DNA of 61,413 bases from a virus (IMGVR_UViG_3300005764_000019:1-61413); one strand, 5' to 3'. Shown: positions 1 to 7,008, counted from the first letter of the stretch. Made by a program: numbers and translations. Notes: generated from the sequence alone by a model not told the origin.

Positions 1-339
1 ATGAAGAAGGCCGAAGTCCTGGCCCATTGGGCGAAGCTGAAGCCGAACCAGCCGGTCAAGCCGGAGCCGGTGCCCTACAAGCACAAGGGATCAACGTATG
101 ACGAATGCGGTGTCCGCATCACCGGCAGCACCGAATTCATCGACAGCGTACTGAGCCGCCTGCAAGACCTGCTGGGCTACGAGGGCGGCGAGACGCGGTT
201 GCAGGTGGTTTATCAACCCGCCAAGGACCGCAAGACGCAGCAACCGACCGGCAGCTATAGCTGCTATGTGCAGGTCCACGAGCGCGGGCCTGAAGCCAAG
301 ATGATGCACGCCTTCGTGGCGGGCATCAAGGGCAAGTGA
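1..339 (+). CDS. hypothetical small phage protein (112 aa; may begin before the window)
   Basis: ORF with GC3-rich codons, first of the small-gene array. Confidence 0.75.
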   Translation: MKKAEVLAHWAKLKPNQPVKPEPVPYKHKGSTYDECGVRITGSTEFIDSVLSRLQDLLGYEGGETRLQVVYQPAKDRKTQQPTGSYSCYVQVHERGPEAKMMHAFVAGIKGK

Positions 340-345
340 GTCCAC

Positions 346-396
346 GGTACACGCCCGGTCATGGCCCGCACACCAAGCCGCAGCCGGGCGTGTACC
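346..396. repeat. 13-bp perfect inverted repeat
   Basis: GGTACACGCCCGG (346-358) and CCGGGCGTGTACC (384-396). Confidence 0.85.
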
Positions 397-418
397 ATAT
401 ACACAAGGGAGAGGATAA

Positions 419-652
419 GTGGGAATTCCAGCACAAGCGTTCGCGCGGGCCGTCTGCTCTGCGTTGCAGGACCGCGAGCTAACCGACGCCTTTGACCTGA
501 TCGTGGCCCGGTACTTCGAGGAGTACACCGACGCCACCGAGCTTGACGGCACGTTCTCCAGCGCCCTGGAAACGGTCTTCGACCTGTGCTTCCCTGGCGG
601 CGAGGATGAGCAGGGCCGGACGTTCGAGGAAGTCGCCACCAAGAAATCGTGA
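419..652 (+). CDS. hypothetical acidic protein (77 aa)
   Basis: GGGAGAGG SD then GTG; the TGA stop lies inside repeat copy 1. Confidence 0.7.
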   Translation: MGIPAQAFARAVCSALQDRELTDAFDLIVARYFEEYTDATELDGTFSSALETVFDLCFPGGEDEQGRTFEEVATKKS

Positions 653-676
653 ACGCTCGCCCGGTTCAGGGGCGGG
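643..676 (+). repeat. conserved intergenic element copy 1 (putative promoter or cassette boundary)
   Basis: GAAATCGT-GAAC-GCTCGCCCG-GTTCAGGGGCGGG. Confidence 0.85.
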
Positions 677-734
677 TAAGGATGAAGGGGGCGGCAGTCG
701 CCCCCAACACCCTGCAATACGGAGGGCATATACC

Positions 735-935
735 GTGGACAAGGAGATTTACACGCTCATCAGCCCGGAGGGCAAGGAGTTTGTCATCGGGGCGTACACG
801 AGCGAGGGCAAGGCCAAGGCGGCTTGCAAGCGCAAGTTCCCGGCGGACTGGCTGAGCCTGTGCGCCTACCCCCTGGCGACCCGCCCGCTTCGTGAGGGCG
901 AGACGGTGACGCCCTGGAGCCGGTGGGAGGGCTGA
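735..935 (+). CDS. hypothetical protein (66 aa)
   Basis: ACGGAGGG SD, GTG at 735 in frame with ORF 543..935. Confidence 0.75.
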   Translation: MDKEIYTLISPEGKEFVIGAYTSEGKAKAACKRKFPADWLSLCAYPLATRPLREGETVTPWSRWEG

Positions 936-936
936 G

Positions 937-970
937 AAAATCGAGAACGTTCGCCCGGTTCAGGTGCGGT
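937..970 (+). repeat. conserved intergenic element copy 2
   Basis: AAAATCGA-GAAC-GTTCGCCCG-GTTCAGGTGCGGT right after the stop codon. Confidence 0.85.
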
Positions 971-1032
971 AACAACAGAGGGGGCGGGCAAGTGACCCGC
1001 CCCCCATCCTGACCTATACGGAGGGTTTCGAC

Positions 1033-1317
1033 GTGGCCGACAAACAGACCAAGGAGCAGATCACCCAGGACTTCCGGGACGGGAAGATCGACGCCGACGA
1101 GATGATGCGGCGCATGAAGGAAGTGGACCGCAAGCCGCCTCGCTTCGAGGTTGCCGCCAAGTCCGGCTGGCTGTCGATCTACTTCGACGGACTGCGCTTC
1201 CCGGTTAGCCTGCCCTACGACTGTGCGGTGAGCCTGTTCTCCGACGAGATCGTGGCCGCAGCCCGCGCCTACTTGTCCGCGAACAAGGGCCGGTTCAAGA
1301 TCAAGGGCGCGAAGTAG
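1033..1317 (+). CDS. hypothetical protein (94 aa)
   Basis: GC hairpin, ACGGAGGG SD, GTG start. Confidence 0.8.
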   Translation: MADKQTKEQITQDFRDGKIDADEMMRRMKEVDRKPPRFEVAAKSGWLSIYFDGLRFPVSLPYDCAVSLFSDEIVAAARAYLSANKGRFKIKGAK

Positions 1318-1330
1318 ATCACCCTCCGTC

Positions 1331-1368
1331 CGCCCCCAGGTGCCCGCCGGCCTGGGGGCGTTTTATTT
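1331..1368 (+). terminator. intrinsic terminator
   Basis: CGCCCCCAGG/CCTGGGGGCG stem followed by TTTTATTT. Confidence 0.75.
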
Positions 1369-1397
1369 CGAGAACGCTTCGAGGTTTCAGGTGCGGT
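1364..1397 (+). repeat. conserved intergenic element copy 3
   Basis: TATTTCGA-GAAC-GCTTCGAGG-TTTCAGGTGCGGT. Confidence 0.85.
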
Positions 1398-1461
1398 GAG
1401 GATATAGCCCCGCGAGGATATAGCCCGGTGAGGATATAGCCCCGCGAGGATATAGCCCCGA
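1398..1461 (+). repeat. 4 x 16-bp tandem repeat GAGGATATAGCCCSGN
   Basis: Units start at 1398, 1414, 1430 and 1446. Confidence 0.95.
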
Positions 1462-1484
1462 CCCCATATACAGGAGAACCGACC

Positions 1485-1820
1485 GTGGCCAACACCAACC
1501 GCCAGGACGCCCAGCACTACCTGGAACGGCTGCTGCGCGACCTGTCCCTGTCCACCGGGGACCACTACAACGCCCGCGCCGTTGCCGAGCAGGCCAAGCT
1601 GTTCCTGAACGACTCCCAGGCCAACAAGGGCCTTCAGTCCAGCCACTTCTACGCAATCGCCAGCCTGGTCGAGCGCTGCGTCTACCGCGCCCTGAACATC
1701 GACACCGGCAAGACGCACATCGAGTGCCAGATGAACGTGCGCCGCAAGGTGGAGTCCTACGACGACTACCCCAGCATCGAAGACCTGCTGGAGCAGGAGA
1801 AAAATTGTGAACGCTCCTGA
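1485..1820 (+). CDS. hypothetical protein (111 aa)
   Basis: AGGAG SD, GTG start; the 3' end runs into repeat copy 4. Confidence 0.8.
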   Translation: MANTNRQDAQHYLERLLRDLSLSTGDHYNARAVAEQAKLFLNDSQANKGLQSSHFYAIASLVERCVYRALNIDTGKTHIECQMNVRRKVESYDDYPSIEDLLEQEKNCERS

Positions 1821-1834
1821 AGTTCAGGGGCGGT
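1801..1834 (+). repeat. conserved intergenic element copy 4
   Basis: AAAATTGT-GAAC-GCTCCTGAA-GTTCAGGGGCGGT. Confidence 0.85.
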
Positions 1835-1878
1835 AGGGACAGAGGCAGTCACCCACTCATCCCGAAGGGAGCTTTACT

Positions 1879-2301
1879 GTGAAGCCGATCAAGACCCTGA
1901 GCGCCGAGGTCCGCATCAACCGCCTGCACGCCGTCGTGCGTTACCAGGCCAACGCCAAGAACCCCAAGAAGGGGGGCACGGCGATTGAGGTGCGCTACGG
2001 CGTGCCGGGCCAGGCCAGCACCGTGCTGGGCACCGCCACCATCGGCGGGCGCTGGTCGCAGGACCAGGCCGTGCGGGAGTTCCGCCGCGACCCCCGGCGG
2101 TTCGGCTGGGACAAGCCGATCCCGGCGGACTCGGCGGACATCGGCATCCGCCTCGGCCCGGTGGCCGTGGCCGACTTCTCCGGGGCGTGCAACGTCAGCA
2201 CCCCCGACGAGGCGCTGGCCTTCTTCCGCCAGGCGTCGGGCCGCTTCGAGCGTGCCGAGCCGGGCTGGACCTTCGCGGTGGGCCTCAAACTGGTGGCGTG
2301 A
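1879..2301 (+). CDS. hypothetical protein (140 aa)
   Basis: AAGGGAG SD, GTG start, GC3 bias. Confidence 0.8.
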   Translation: MKPIKTLSAEVRINRLHAVVRYQANAKNPKKGGTAIEVRYGVPGQASTVLGTATIGGRWSQDQAVREFRRDPRRFGWDKPIPADSADIGIRLGPVAVADFSGACNVSTPDEALAFFRQASGRFERAEPGWTFAVGLKLVA

Positions 2302-2321
2302 GCCGCCGGCCCGCCTCGCCC

Positions 2322-2352
2322 AACCCCCAGGGATGACCCCTGGGGGTTTTTT
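2322..2352 (+). terminator. intrinsic terminator
   Basis: AACCCCCAGGG/CCCTGGGGGTT stem plus T-tract. Confidence 0.8.
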
Positions 2353-2425
2353 GTTGCGCCCAGGCCAAGCCAACACCAGGCCCGCCAGGGCGACCAGGCC
2401 AGGACGGCGGCAGGCCCGCCAGGGC

Positions 2426-2513
2426 CTCTAGGATCGCTCAGGACGGCTTGGGAAGGCTTCAGGCGGGGTCAGGGCTGCCCGATATATCCGAGGGCTTATA
2501 AGCGATCCTAGAG
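2426..2513. repeat. 13-bp inverted repeat after a CCAGG-rich patch
   Basis: CTCTAGGATCGCT (2426-2438) and AGCGATCCTAGAG (2501-2513). Confidence 0.8.
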
Positions 2514-2532
2514 CGTGCGGCAGATGGAGAAA

Positions 2533-2566
2533 TAAATCGAGAACGCCTGAAGGTTTCAGGTGCGGT
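2533..2566 (+). repeat. conserved intergenic element copy 5
   Basis: TAAATCGA-GAAC-GCCTGAAGG-TTTCAGGTGCGGT. Confidence 0.85.
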
Positions 2567-2612
2567 AAGGGCAGAGGACGGAAGACATCACTTCACTTCG
2601 GAGGGCTGAACG

Positions 2613-2819
2613 ATGAACGTTACGTTGGTGCCGGCGTATGGCAGGGACTACCGCTCGCAGAAGGAAGTCAAGGCAGCGTGGGACGCGGGCCAGGACTTCC
2701 AGATTTCGTGCTTCGGCCATCCCCACGATGGCCGCTACATCAACAAGCCCCAGGCGGCGGGGCAGTCCTACAACGTCCGCTACAAGCGGCTCACGCAAAT
2801 CTGCGTTGTGAAGGGCTGA
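2613..2819 (+). CDS. hypothetical protein (68 aa)
   Basis: CGGAGGG SD, ATG start. Confidence 0.8.
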   Translation: MNVTLVPAYGRDYRSQKEVKAAWDAGQDFQISCFGHPHDGRYINKPQAAGQSYNVRYKRLTQICVVKG

Positions 2820-2826
2820 GAGAGGC

Positions 2827-2911
2827 GCTGCGTCACGCAGGATAAAGGGCGATTTCCGCTCGCTCCATCAGGTCAGGAGTGACCCTTCCACGCCGTCCTG
2901 CGTGACGCAGC
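2827..2911. repeat. 16-bp inverted repeat enclosing nested stems
   Basis: GCTGCGTCACGCAGGA and TCCTGCGTGACGCAGC; inner AAGGG/CCCTT and CGCTCC/GGAGTG. Confidence 0.8.
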
Positions 2912-2966
2912 TTCTTTCATGCTACGGTTTCGATCCAACGTGTCCAGGCTTTAGGAGGGTTCTGCC

Positions 2967-3218
2967 ATGATGCACGGCGTCGAGATGCGCGACGGTGGGG
3001 AGTTCGACTTGCGACCCAAGGGCGACCGGCGCATCCCCCTGGAGCGGGTGTATATTTCGGTTGGCGAGGTTCTGATCGGCCAGGTGCGCTGCTACGTCAC
3101 CGAGAGCGACCTTGTGGAGCGTGCCGACATTGCCCTGGCGGACGGCCTGGGCATTCTGGAGGGCGTGCCCTGCGCCTACTTCCAGTTCCTCGACAGGAAG
3201 CGGGATGAGGAGTTGTAA
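2967..3218 (+). CDS. hypothetical protein (83 aa)
   Basis: AGGAGGG SD, ATG start. Confidence 0.75.
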   Translation: MMHGVEMRDGGEFDLRPKGDRRIPLERVYISVGEVLIGQVRCYVTESDLVERADIALADGLGILEGVPCAYFQFLDRKRDEEL

Positions 3219-3393
3219 AACAAGAAACAGCGAGGCGGTGTAAGCCGCCTCGCTGTACGCCTGTACATAGCCTGGGTGCCCAATACTGTACAGCAGTATA
3301 CTGAACAGGTGTACACACCCAGGGGCCTCTCCCCACGGTGTACAATGGTGATTTCCCAGCTTGCAACATTGTACTCCGGGGCCTGCGGCCCGC

Positions 3394-3440
3394 TACTGTG
3401 CGCATGTACACTACATCATGTAGTGTACATGCGCACAGTA
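3394..3440. repeat. 47-bp palindrome (23-bp perfect arms, 1-nt centre)
   Basis: TACTGTGCGCATGTACACTACAT-C-ATGTAGTGTACATGCGCACAGTA. Confidence 0.95.
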
Positions 3441-3476
3441 TATAGCCAGGGCGCGCCAGCGCGGCAAAAAGCAAAA

Positions 3477-3510
3477 TAAATCGAGAACGACCGCGCATTT
3501 CAGGGGCGGT
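3477..3510 (+). repeat. conserved intergenic element copy 6
   Basis: TAAATCGA-GAAC-GACCGCGCA-TTTCAGGGGCGGT. Confidence 0.85.
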
Positions 3511-3514
3511 CATG

Positions 3515-3772
3515 GTGTCGGAAATGACAAGCCCCTGACCGGGGCGGACGCCAAGAGGGTGTCGAGGGGATCGAAAGTGTCCTGCTGCGGCAGGACCGCC
3601 ACGAATAAGGGAGCGCTGTAGGTCGAAGCCTGGGCGTGCGCACGAGCCAGGAAGAGGACACAAGCGAGCCGAATAAGTGCAATCCCTGTGGTGCGACATC
3701 TGCGGCGAATGTCAGTCACCCCCTGACGGATGGGTGCGCGGCCTGCAAGCTGCCTAGGCGCTTGCGGGCCGA
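3515..3772 (+). ncRNA. putative structured RNA upstream of the tRNA-like element
   Basis: No convincing ORF; serial hairpins (GCCCC/GGGGC, GACGCC/GGTGTC, GTCCTGC/GCAGGAC, GGCCTGCAAGC/GCTTGCGGGCC) and two GAATAA motifs. Confidence 0.5.
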
Positions 3773-3776
3773 TTAT

Positions 3777-3850
3777 CCTGGTGTAGCTCAACGGGAGAGC
3801 AGAGCCGAGCGCGCTCGGCTTGGTTGTGGGTTCGACTCCCACCGCCGGGA
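3777..3850 (+). tRNA. tRNA-like element with non-canonical anticodon arm (no assignable anticodon)
   Basis: Acceptor CCTGGTG/CGCCGGG plus A73, U8A9, D arm GCTC-AACGGGA-GAGC, T arm GTGGG-TTCGACT-CCCAC; the anticodon arm is a 20-nt near-palindrome. Confidence 0.7.
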
Positions 3851-3878
3851 CTTTAGCCACTTTACGGAGGGTCAAGGT

Positions 3879-4082
3879 ATGCTGAAGGGCACTTACACGA
3901 CTCGGCAGGGGTTCGTTATCCACTGCGAGTACGCCACCGAGGCCGAAGCGCGGGCGCGGCTGGCCTACCTGGACGCGCAGGAGGAGCTTACGCAGCGCGT
4001 AGCCTGGACCGATAGCGGCAGCGTGCGCTTCAACTACAACCGCGAAGCGGAGGTTATCCGCAAGCTGCTGAAAATTTCGTGA
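3879..4082 (+). CDS. hypothetical protein (67 aa)
   Basis: ACGGAGGG SD, ATG at 3879; stop inside repeat copy 7. Confidence 0.8.
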   Translation: MLKGTYTTRQGFVIHCEYATEAEARARLAYLDAQEELTQRVAWTDSGSVRFNYNREAEVIRKLLKIS

Positions 4083-4106
4083 ACGCTTCCGCATTTCAGG
4101 GGCGGA
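4073..4106 (+). repeat. conserved intergenic element copy 7
   Basis: AATTTCGT-GAAC-GCTTCCGCA-TTTCAGGGGCGGA. Confidence 0.85.
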
Positions 4107-4158
4107 AGCTATATCGGGCGGGCCGAAGCCTGCCCCATCTCAGGAGCCAATACGACCG

Positions 4159-4401
4159 ATGGCTGCGACCTACAAAGCCTGCCAGCACTGCGACACGCCC
4201 ACAAGGCGGCGTTGCCGCGACTGCAAGCGGCCCGTCTGCATGGGCTGCGTGGTCCACGAGCAGTGCGAGAACTGCGTGGACGCCGAAACGTTCAACCAGA
4301 CCAGCCGTTACGCCCACGGCAACCACGACTTGCGCTGCTCGCACTACATCGGCCAGTGCGACCAGAGCTATCACGGGCGCTGCTCGCCCGACGTGGCGTG
4401 A
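4159..4401 (+). CDS. small Cys/His-rich putative zinc-binding protein
   Basis: Four CxxC pairs; AGGAG SD. Confidence 0.75.
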   Translation: MAATYKACQHCDTPTRRRCRDCKRPVCMGCVVHEQCENCVDAETFNQTSRYAHGNHDLRCSHYIGQCDQSYHGRCSPDVA

Positions 4402-4402
4402 G

Positions 4403-4436
4403 AAAATCGAGAACAACCGCCCCGTTCAGGGGCGGT
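4403..4436 (+). repeat. conserved intergenic element copy 8
   Basis: AAAATCGA-GAAC-AACCGCCCC-GTTCAGGGGCGGT(TGTTCT), 14-bp stem. Confidence 0.9.
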
Positions 4437-4478
4437 TGTTCTTAGGCAGCATCACTCACCTTTACGGAGGGTCAAGAC

Positions 4479-4781
4479 ATGGCTTCTTTCCGCACCATCA
4501 CCGCCCGTTTCGCTGGCCAGTGCCGCCGGTGCAAGGGCGCGATCAAGGCCGGCGAGCGCATCCGCTACGGCGGGCGCGGCTTGACGTACCACTTCGCCAA
4601 CGACTGCGCCGGCAAGCCGGCGGACGACGGCGAGGAGCGCGGCGAGGACAGCCGGGACGGCGGCGAGTTCGTGCCCTGCTGGAAGGGCGGGCGTTGTGAA
4701 GACTACCCGTGCTGCGGCTGTCACGGCCTGCACGGGCGCGACCTGTACACGCCGAGCGAGCCGCCCGACGTGGATTTCTGA
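4479..4781 (+). CDS. small Cys-rich protein (100 aa)
   Basis: CxxC...HxxxxC and a C-terminal GRCEDYPCCGC; leader CTTTACGGAGGGTCAAG identical to that of gene 3879. Confidence 0.8.
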   Translation: MASFRTITARFAGQCRRCKGAIKAGERIRYGGRGLTYHFANDCAGKPADDGEERGEDSRDGGEFVPCWKGGRCEDYPCCGCHGLHGRDLYTPSEPPDVDF

Positions 4782-4782
4782 G

Positions 4783-4816
4783 AAAATCGAGAACTACCGC
4801 CCCGTTCAGGGGCGGT
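4783..4816 (+). repeat. conserved intergenic element copy 9
   Basis: AAAATCGA-GAAC-TACCGCCCC-GTTCAGGGGCGGT(AGT), 11-bp stem. Confidence 0.9.
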
Positions 4817-4900
4817 AGTAGTGTCGGGAGCAACAACATTCGGCGTGCGGGGGCTGGCCCGGCCCCATGACTTCCCCTGGGAACCAATCGGAGATTTACG

Positions 4901-5242
4901 ATGCGTCACAAGGTTTCCATCACCGTCCCCTCGACTACGGGCGTCAACAAGCCCGCCCCGGAGCTTCACGCGGAGTACGTCGAGAAGGCTTGCCGCCTGC
5001 TGGCGGTCCTGTTCGGCGGGTTCACGGCCCTGGAAGGGCGAGGCGGCTGGGTGAGCGAGACGTTCGGCTTGGTGGTCGAGCCGATCACGGTTGTCTACGC
5101 GGCTTGCACCGAAGCCAAGCTGGAAGCCGGCTTGCCCAAGGTGCGGGCGCTGGCCGCAGAGATTGCGGAGGCGATGACTCAGGAATGCGTGGCCGTCGAA
5201 GTGGACGGCACGCTTGAGCTAGTGGCCGCAGAGGCGGCATGA
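4901..5242 (+). CDS. hypothetical protein, DUF3574/PII-like
   Basis: GGFT..EG.GGW...E......QECV pattern; GGAG SD. Confidence 0.65.
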   Translation: MRHKVSITVPSTTGVNKPAPELHAEYVEKACRLLAVLFGGFTALEGRGGWVSETFGLVVEPITVVYAACTEAKLEAGLPKVRALAAEIAEAMTQECVAVEVDGTLELVAAEAA

Positions 5243-5251
5243 GCCACAATG

Positions 5252-5284
5252 GGGATGCGCTGAGTAGCATACTCAGCGCATCCC
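5252..5284. repeat. 15-bp perfect hairpin closing the small-gene array
   Basis: GGGATGCGCTGAGTA-GCA-TACTCAGCGCATCCC. Confidence 0.9.
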
Positions 5285-5566
5285 AAATGCGCAAGGCGCA
5301 CATATGAGATGCGCATAGTGCGCAATTAACAACTGCGAAATACTTTTGAAAAAACCTGGCGCGACACCCCTGGGAGAGTACAATGTCATAGCCATGTCGG
5401 CCACTTTCTTTCCTTTCTCCCAAAGATAAAAACCCCGGCCCAGGTTTTCAGGGACTCCATCTCAAGTTTGACACCCCTTCGTTTCCAAAAAAATCGCGGC
5501 GGCAACTTTTTCGCCGGCCATGTAAGTATTTGCCGCCCCTGGACCTACATAGGGGAAAGGGGGTAC

Positions 5567-6739
5567 ATGGCCAATCCGGCATATTTCGACCGCCGCAAGC
5601 AAACGTCCACAACCACGGGCACCGGGTCATTCACCCTGGCCGTGCCGTCCGGCTCCTGGTCCAAGCTGAACACCGCCGGTGCCGCAACCATCACCATCTC
5701 TTACTGCATCGCCCACCAGACGGCCAGTGATTGGGAAACCGGCGTGGGCACGATTGATTCGACCAGCACGACGTTGACGAGGAGCGCGACGGACGGCAGC
5801 GCCGGGGCCAGCACGCTGGTGAACTTTTCAGGTGGCACCAAGGACGTGTTCATCACCCCCATCGCCGCCAACTTGCCCCGCGTCAGCCCGTTGATTTGTC
5901 AGGGAAGACTGACGGTGTTGAGCGGTGCGGCGGCGGGCGAGGCGTCGTCGGTCAGCACCATTTACTTCACCCCGTACCTCGGCAGCCAAATCGCCGTCCC
6001 GGAGACATCCTACGGGGCGGCACAGTGGAAACTGTTCGAGTTCACGGAAATGAGCCTGGCCCTTGCCGGTTTGACCGCCGGCAACTGCTATGATGTATAC
6101 ATTTACGACAACGCCGGCACTCTGACGTTGGGCACGCAGGCGTGGGCCAACAACACGACCCGAAGCGTGGCCGTCACCAACATCGACGGCATCCCGATGT
6201 TGACGGTGAACCAGCGTTATTTGGGAACGTTTTACGCCCAGACCGCCACCACCACGTCGGACACGGGCCGTTATAGGTTCTTGTGGAATTATTACAATCA
6301 AGTGCCCCGGACGCTGGCGAATTTCCCCAATGTCGGCAACTGGAGCAGCCCCGGCACGTTGGGCTGGCGTGCCCAGAACGCCGACGCCACCAAGGCACGG
6401 GCGGTGGAGTTCATCTGGGGCCTGGGGCCTTTGAAGCCCGTGAGCGTGCGGGCCACCTGCTACTGCAACAACCCCACCGCCGGCACCTACGCCCAATTGG
6501 GCCTGACGCTGGACCCTTCCGGCGGCAACTGGATTCCGAGCCAGGTGGACTGCAACGTGGCGGAATTTTTCGGCGGCATCGCCAACTACCTGTCCGCCGA
6601 ATTCAATAAAACCGTGGCCGTGGGTTATCATTATCTCCAGCCGACCGAGGCCATCCAGGTCGGCACCGGGACGGTCACTTGGTTCGATTACGTCGTCAAC
6701 CGCTTCACGGCTGGCATTAGCGGGACGATGTGGGCCTAG
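5567..6739 (+). CDS. tail fibre/receptor-binding-like protein, paralogue 1
   Basis: DRRKQTSTTTGTG...WETGVGT N-domain; GRLT...YFTPY...RYLGT...LWNYYN core shared with four downstream genes; start at MANP. Confidence 0.7.
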   Translation: MANPAYFDRRKQTSTTTGTGSFTLAVPSGSWSKLNTAGAATITISYCIAHQTASDWETGVGTIDSTSTTLTRSATDGSAGASTLVNFSGGTKDVFITPIAANLPRVSPLICQGRLTVLSGAAAGEASSVSTIYFTPYLGSQIAVPETSYGAAQWKLFEFTEMSLALAGLTAGNCYDVYIYDNAGTLTLGTQAWANNTTRSVAVTNIDGIPMLTVNQRYLGTFYAQTATTTSDTGRYRFLWNYYNQVPRTLANFPNVGNWSSPGTLGWRAQNADATKARAVEFIWGLGPLKPVSVRATCYCNNPTAGTYAQLGLTLDPSGGNWIPSQVDCNVAEFFGGIANYLSAEFNKTVAVGYHYLQPTEAIQVGTGTVTWFDYVVNRFTAGISGTMWA

Positions 6740-7008
6740 TCCTCGTGGAGCCAGACCTTCCCCCACTCCTCCCACTCGGCGGGCCAGTTGCCGTGTTGGT
6801 TCTCCGGCCCGGTCAGGGTAATCTTGGCCATCCCGCCGGGCAGGACGCCGCCCCGGCAACCGTAACCGCCCGTGGCCCCGACCAGGACCGTGCTTTCCCC
6901 CGCCTTGGCCTGTTCCTTGGCCCGTTCCCACGCCGCCTTCTCCACGATGAACGTGGGGTAAATCGTGGCCGGCACGGTGACGCCCAGGGTGATGAAGTCG
7001 TCTTGCAT
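6736..7008 (-). CDS. hypothetical protein (90 aa)
   Basis: AAGGAGG SD; fills the gap between neighbours. Confidence 0.7.
   Translation of the reverse strand: MQDDFITLGVTVPATIYPTFIVEKAAWERAKEQAKAGESTVLVGATGGYGCRGGVLPGGMAKITLTGPENQHGNWPAEWEEWGKVWLHED

Noticed and set aside
3515-3850. tmRNA
   Set aside because: A complete D arm and contiguous cloverleaf, no G3-U70 Ala identity pair and no tag ORF.
3636-3878. 5' extension of ORF 3636..4082
   Set aside because: It overlaps the tRNA-like fold; the SD supports the ATG at 3879.
643-4816. CRISPR array
   Set aside because: Repeats are degenerate and 290-950 bp apart with whole genes between them; no cas genes are visible.
643-4816. Classical integron attC sites or LexA boxes
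   Set aside because: Too short for attC, no RYYYAAC/GTTRRRY boxes and no integrase in the window. GAAC-N9-GTTC is only partly kept (TTTC in four copies) and matches no LexA spacing I know.
5430-5455. Tenth copy of the GAAC element
   Set aside because: Only TTTCAGGG matches; there is no GAAC at the right spacing and no GCGG.
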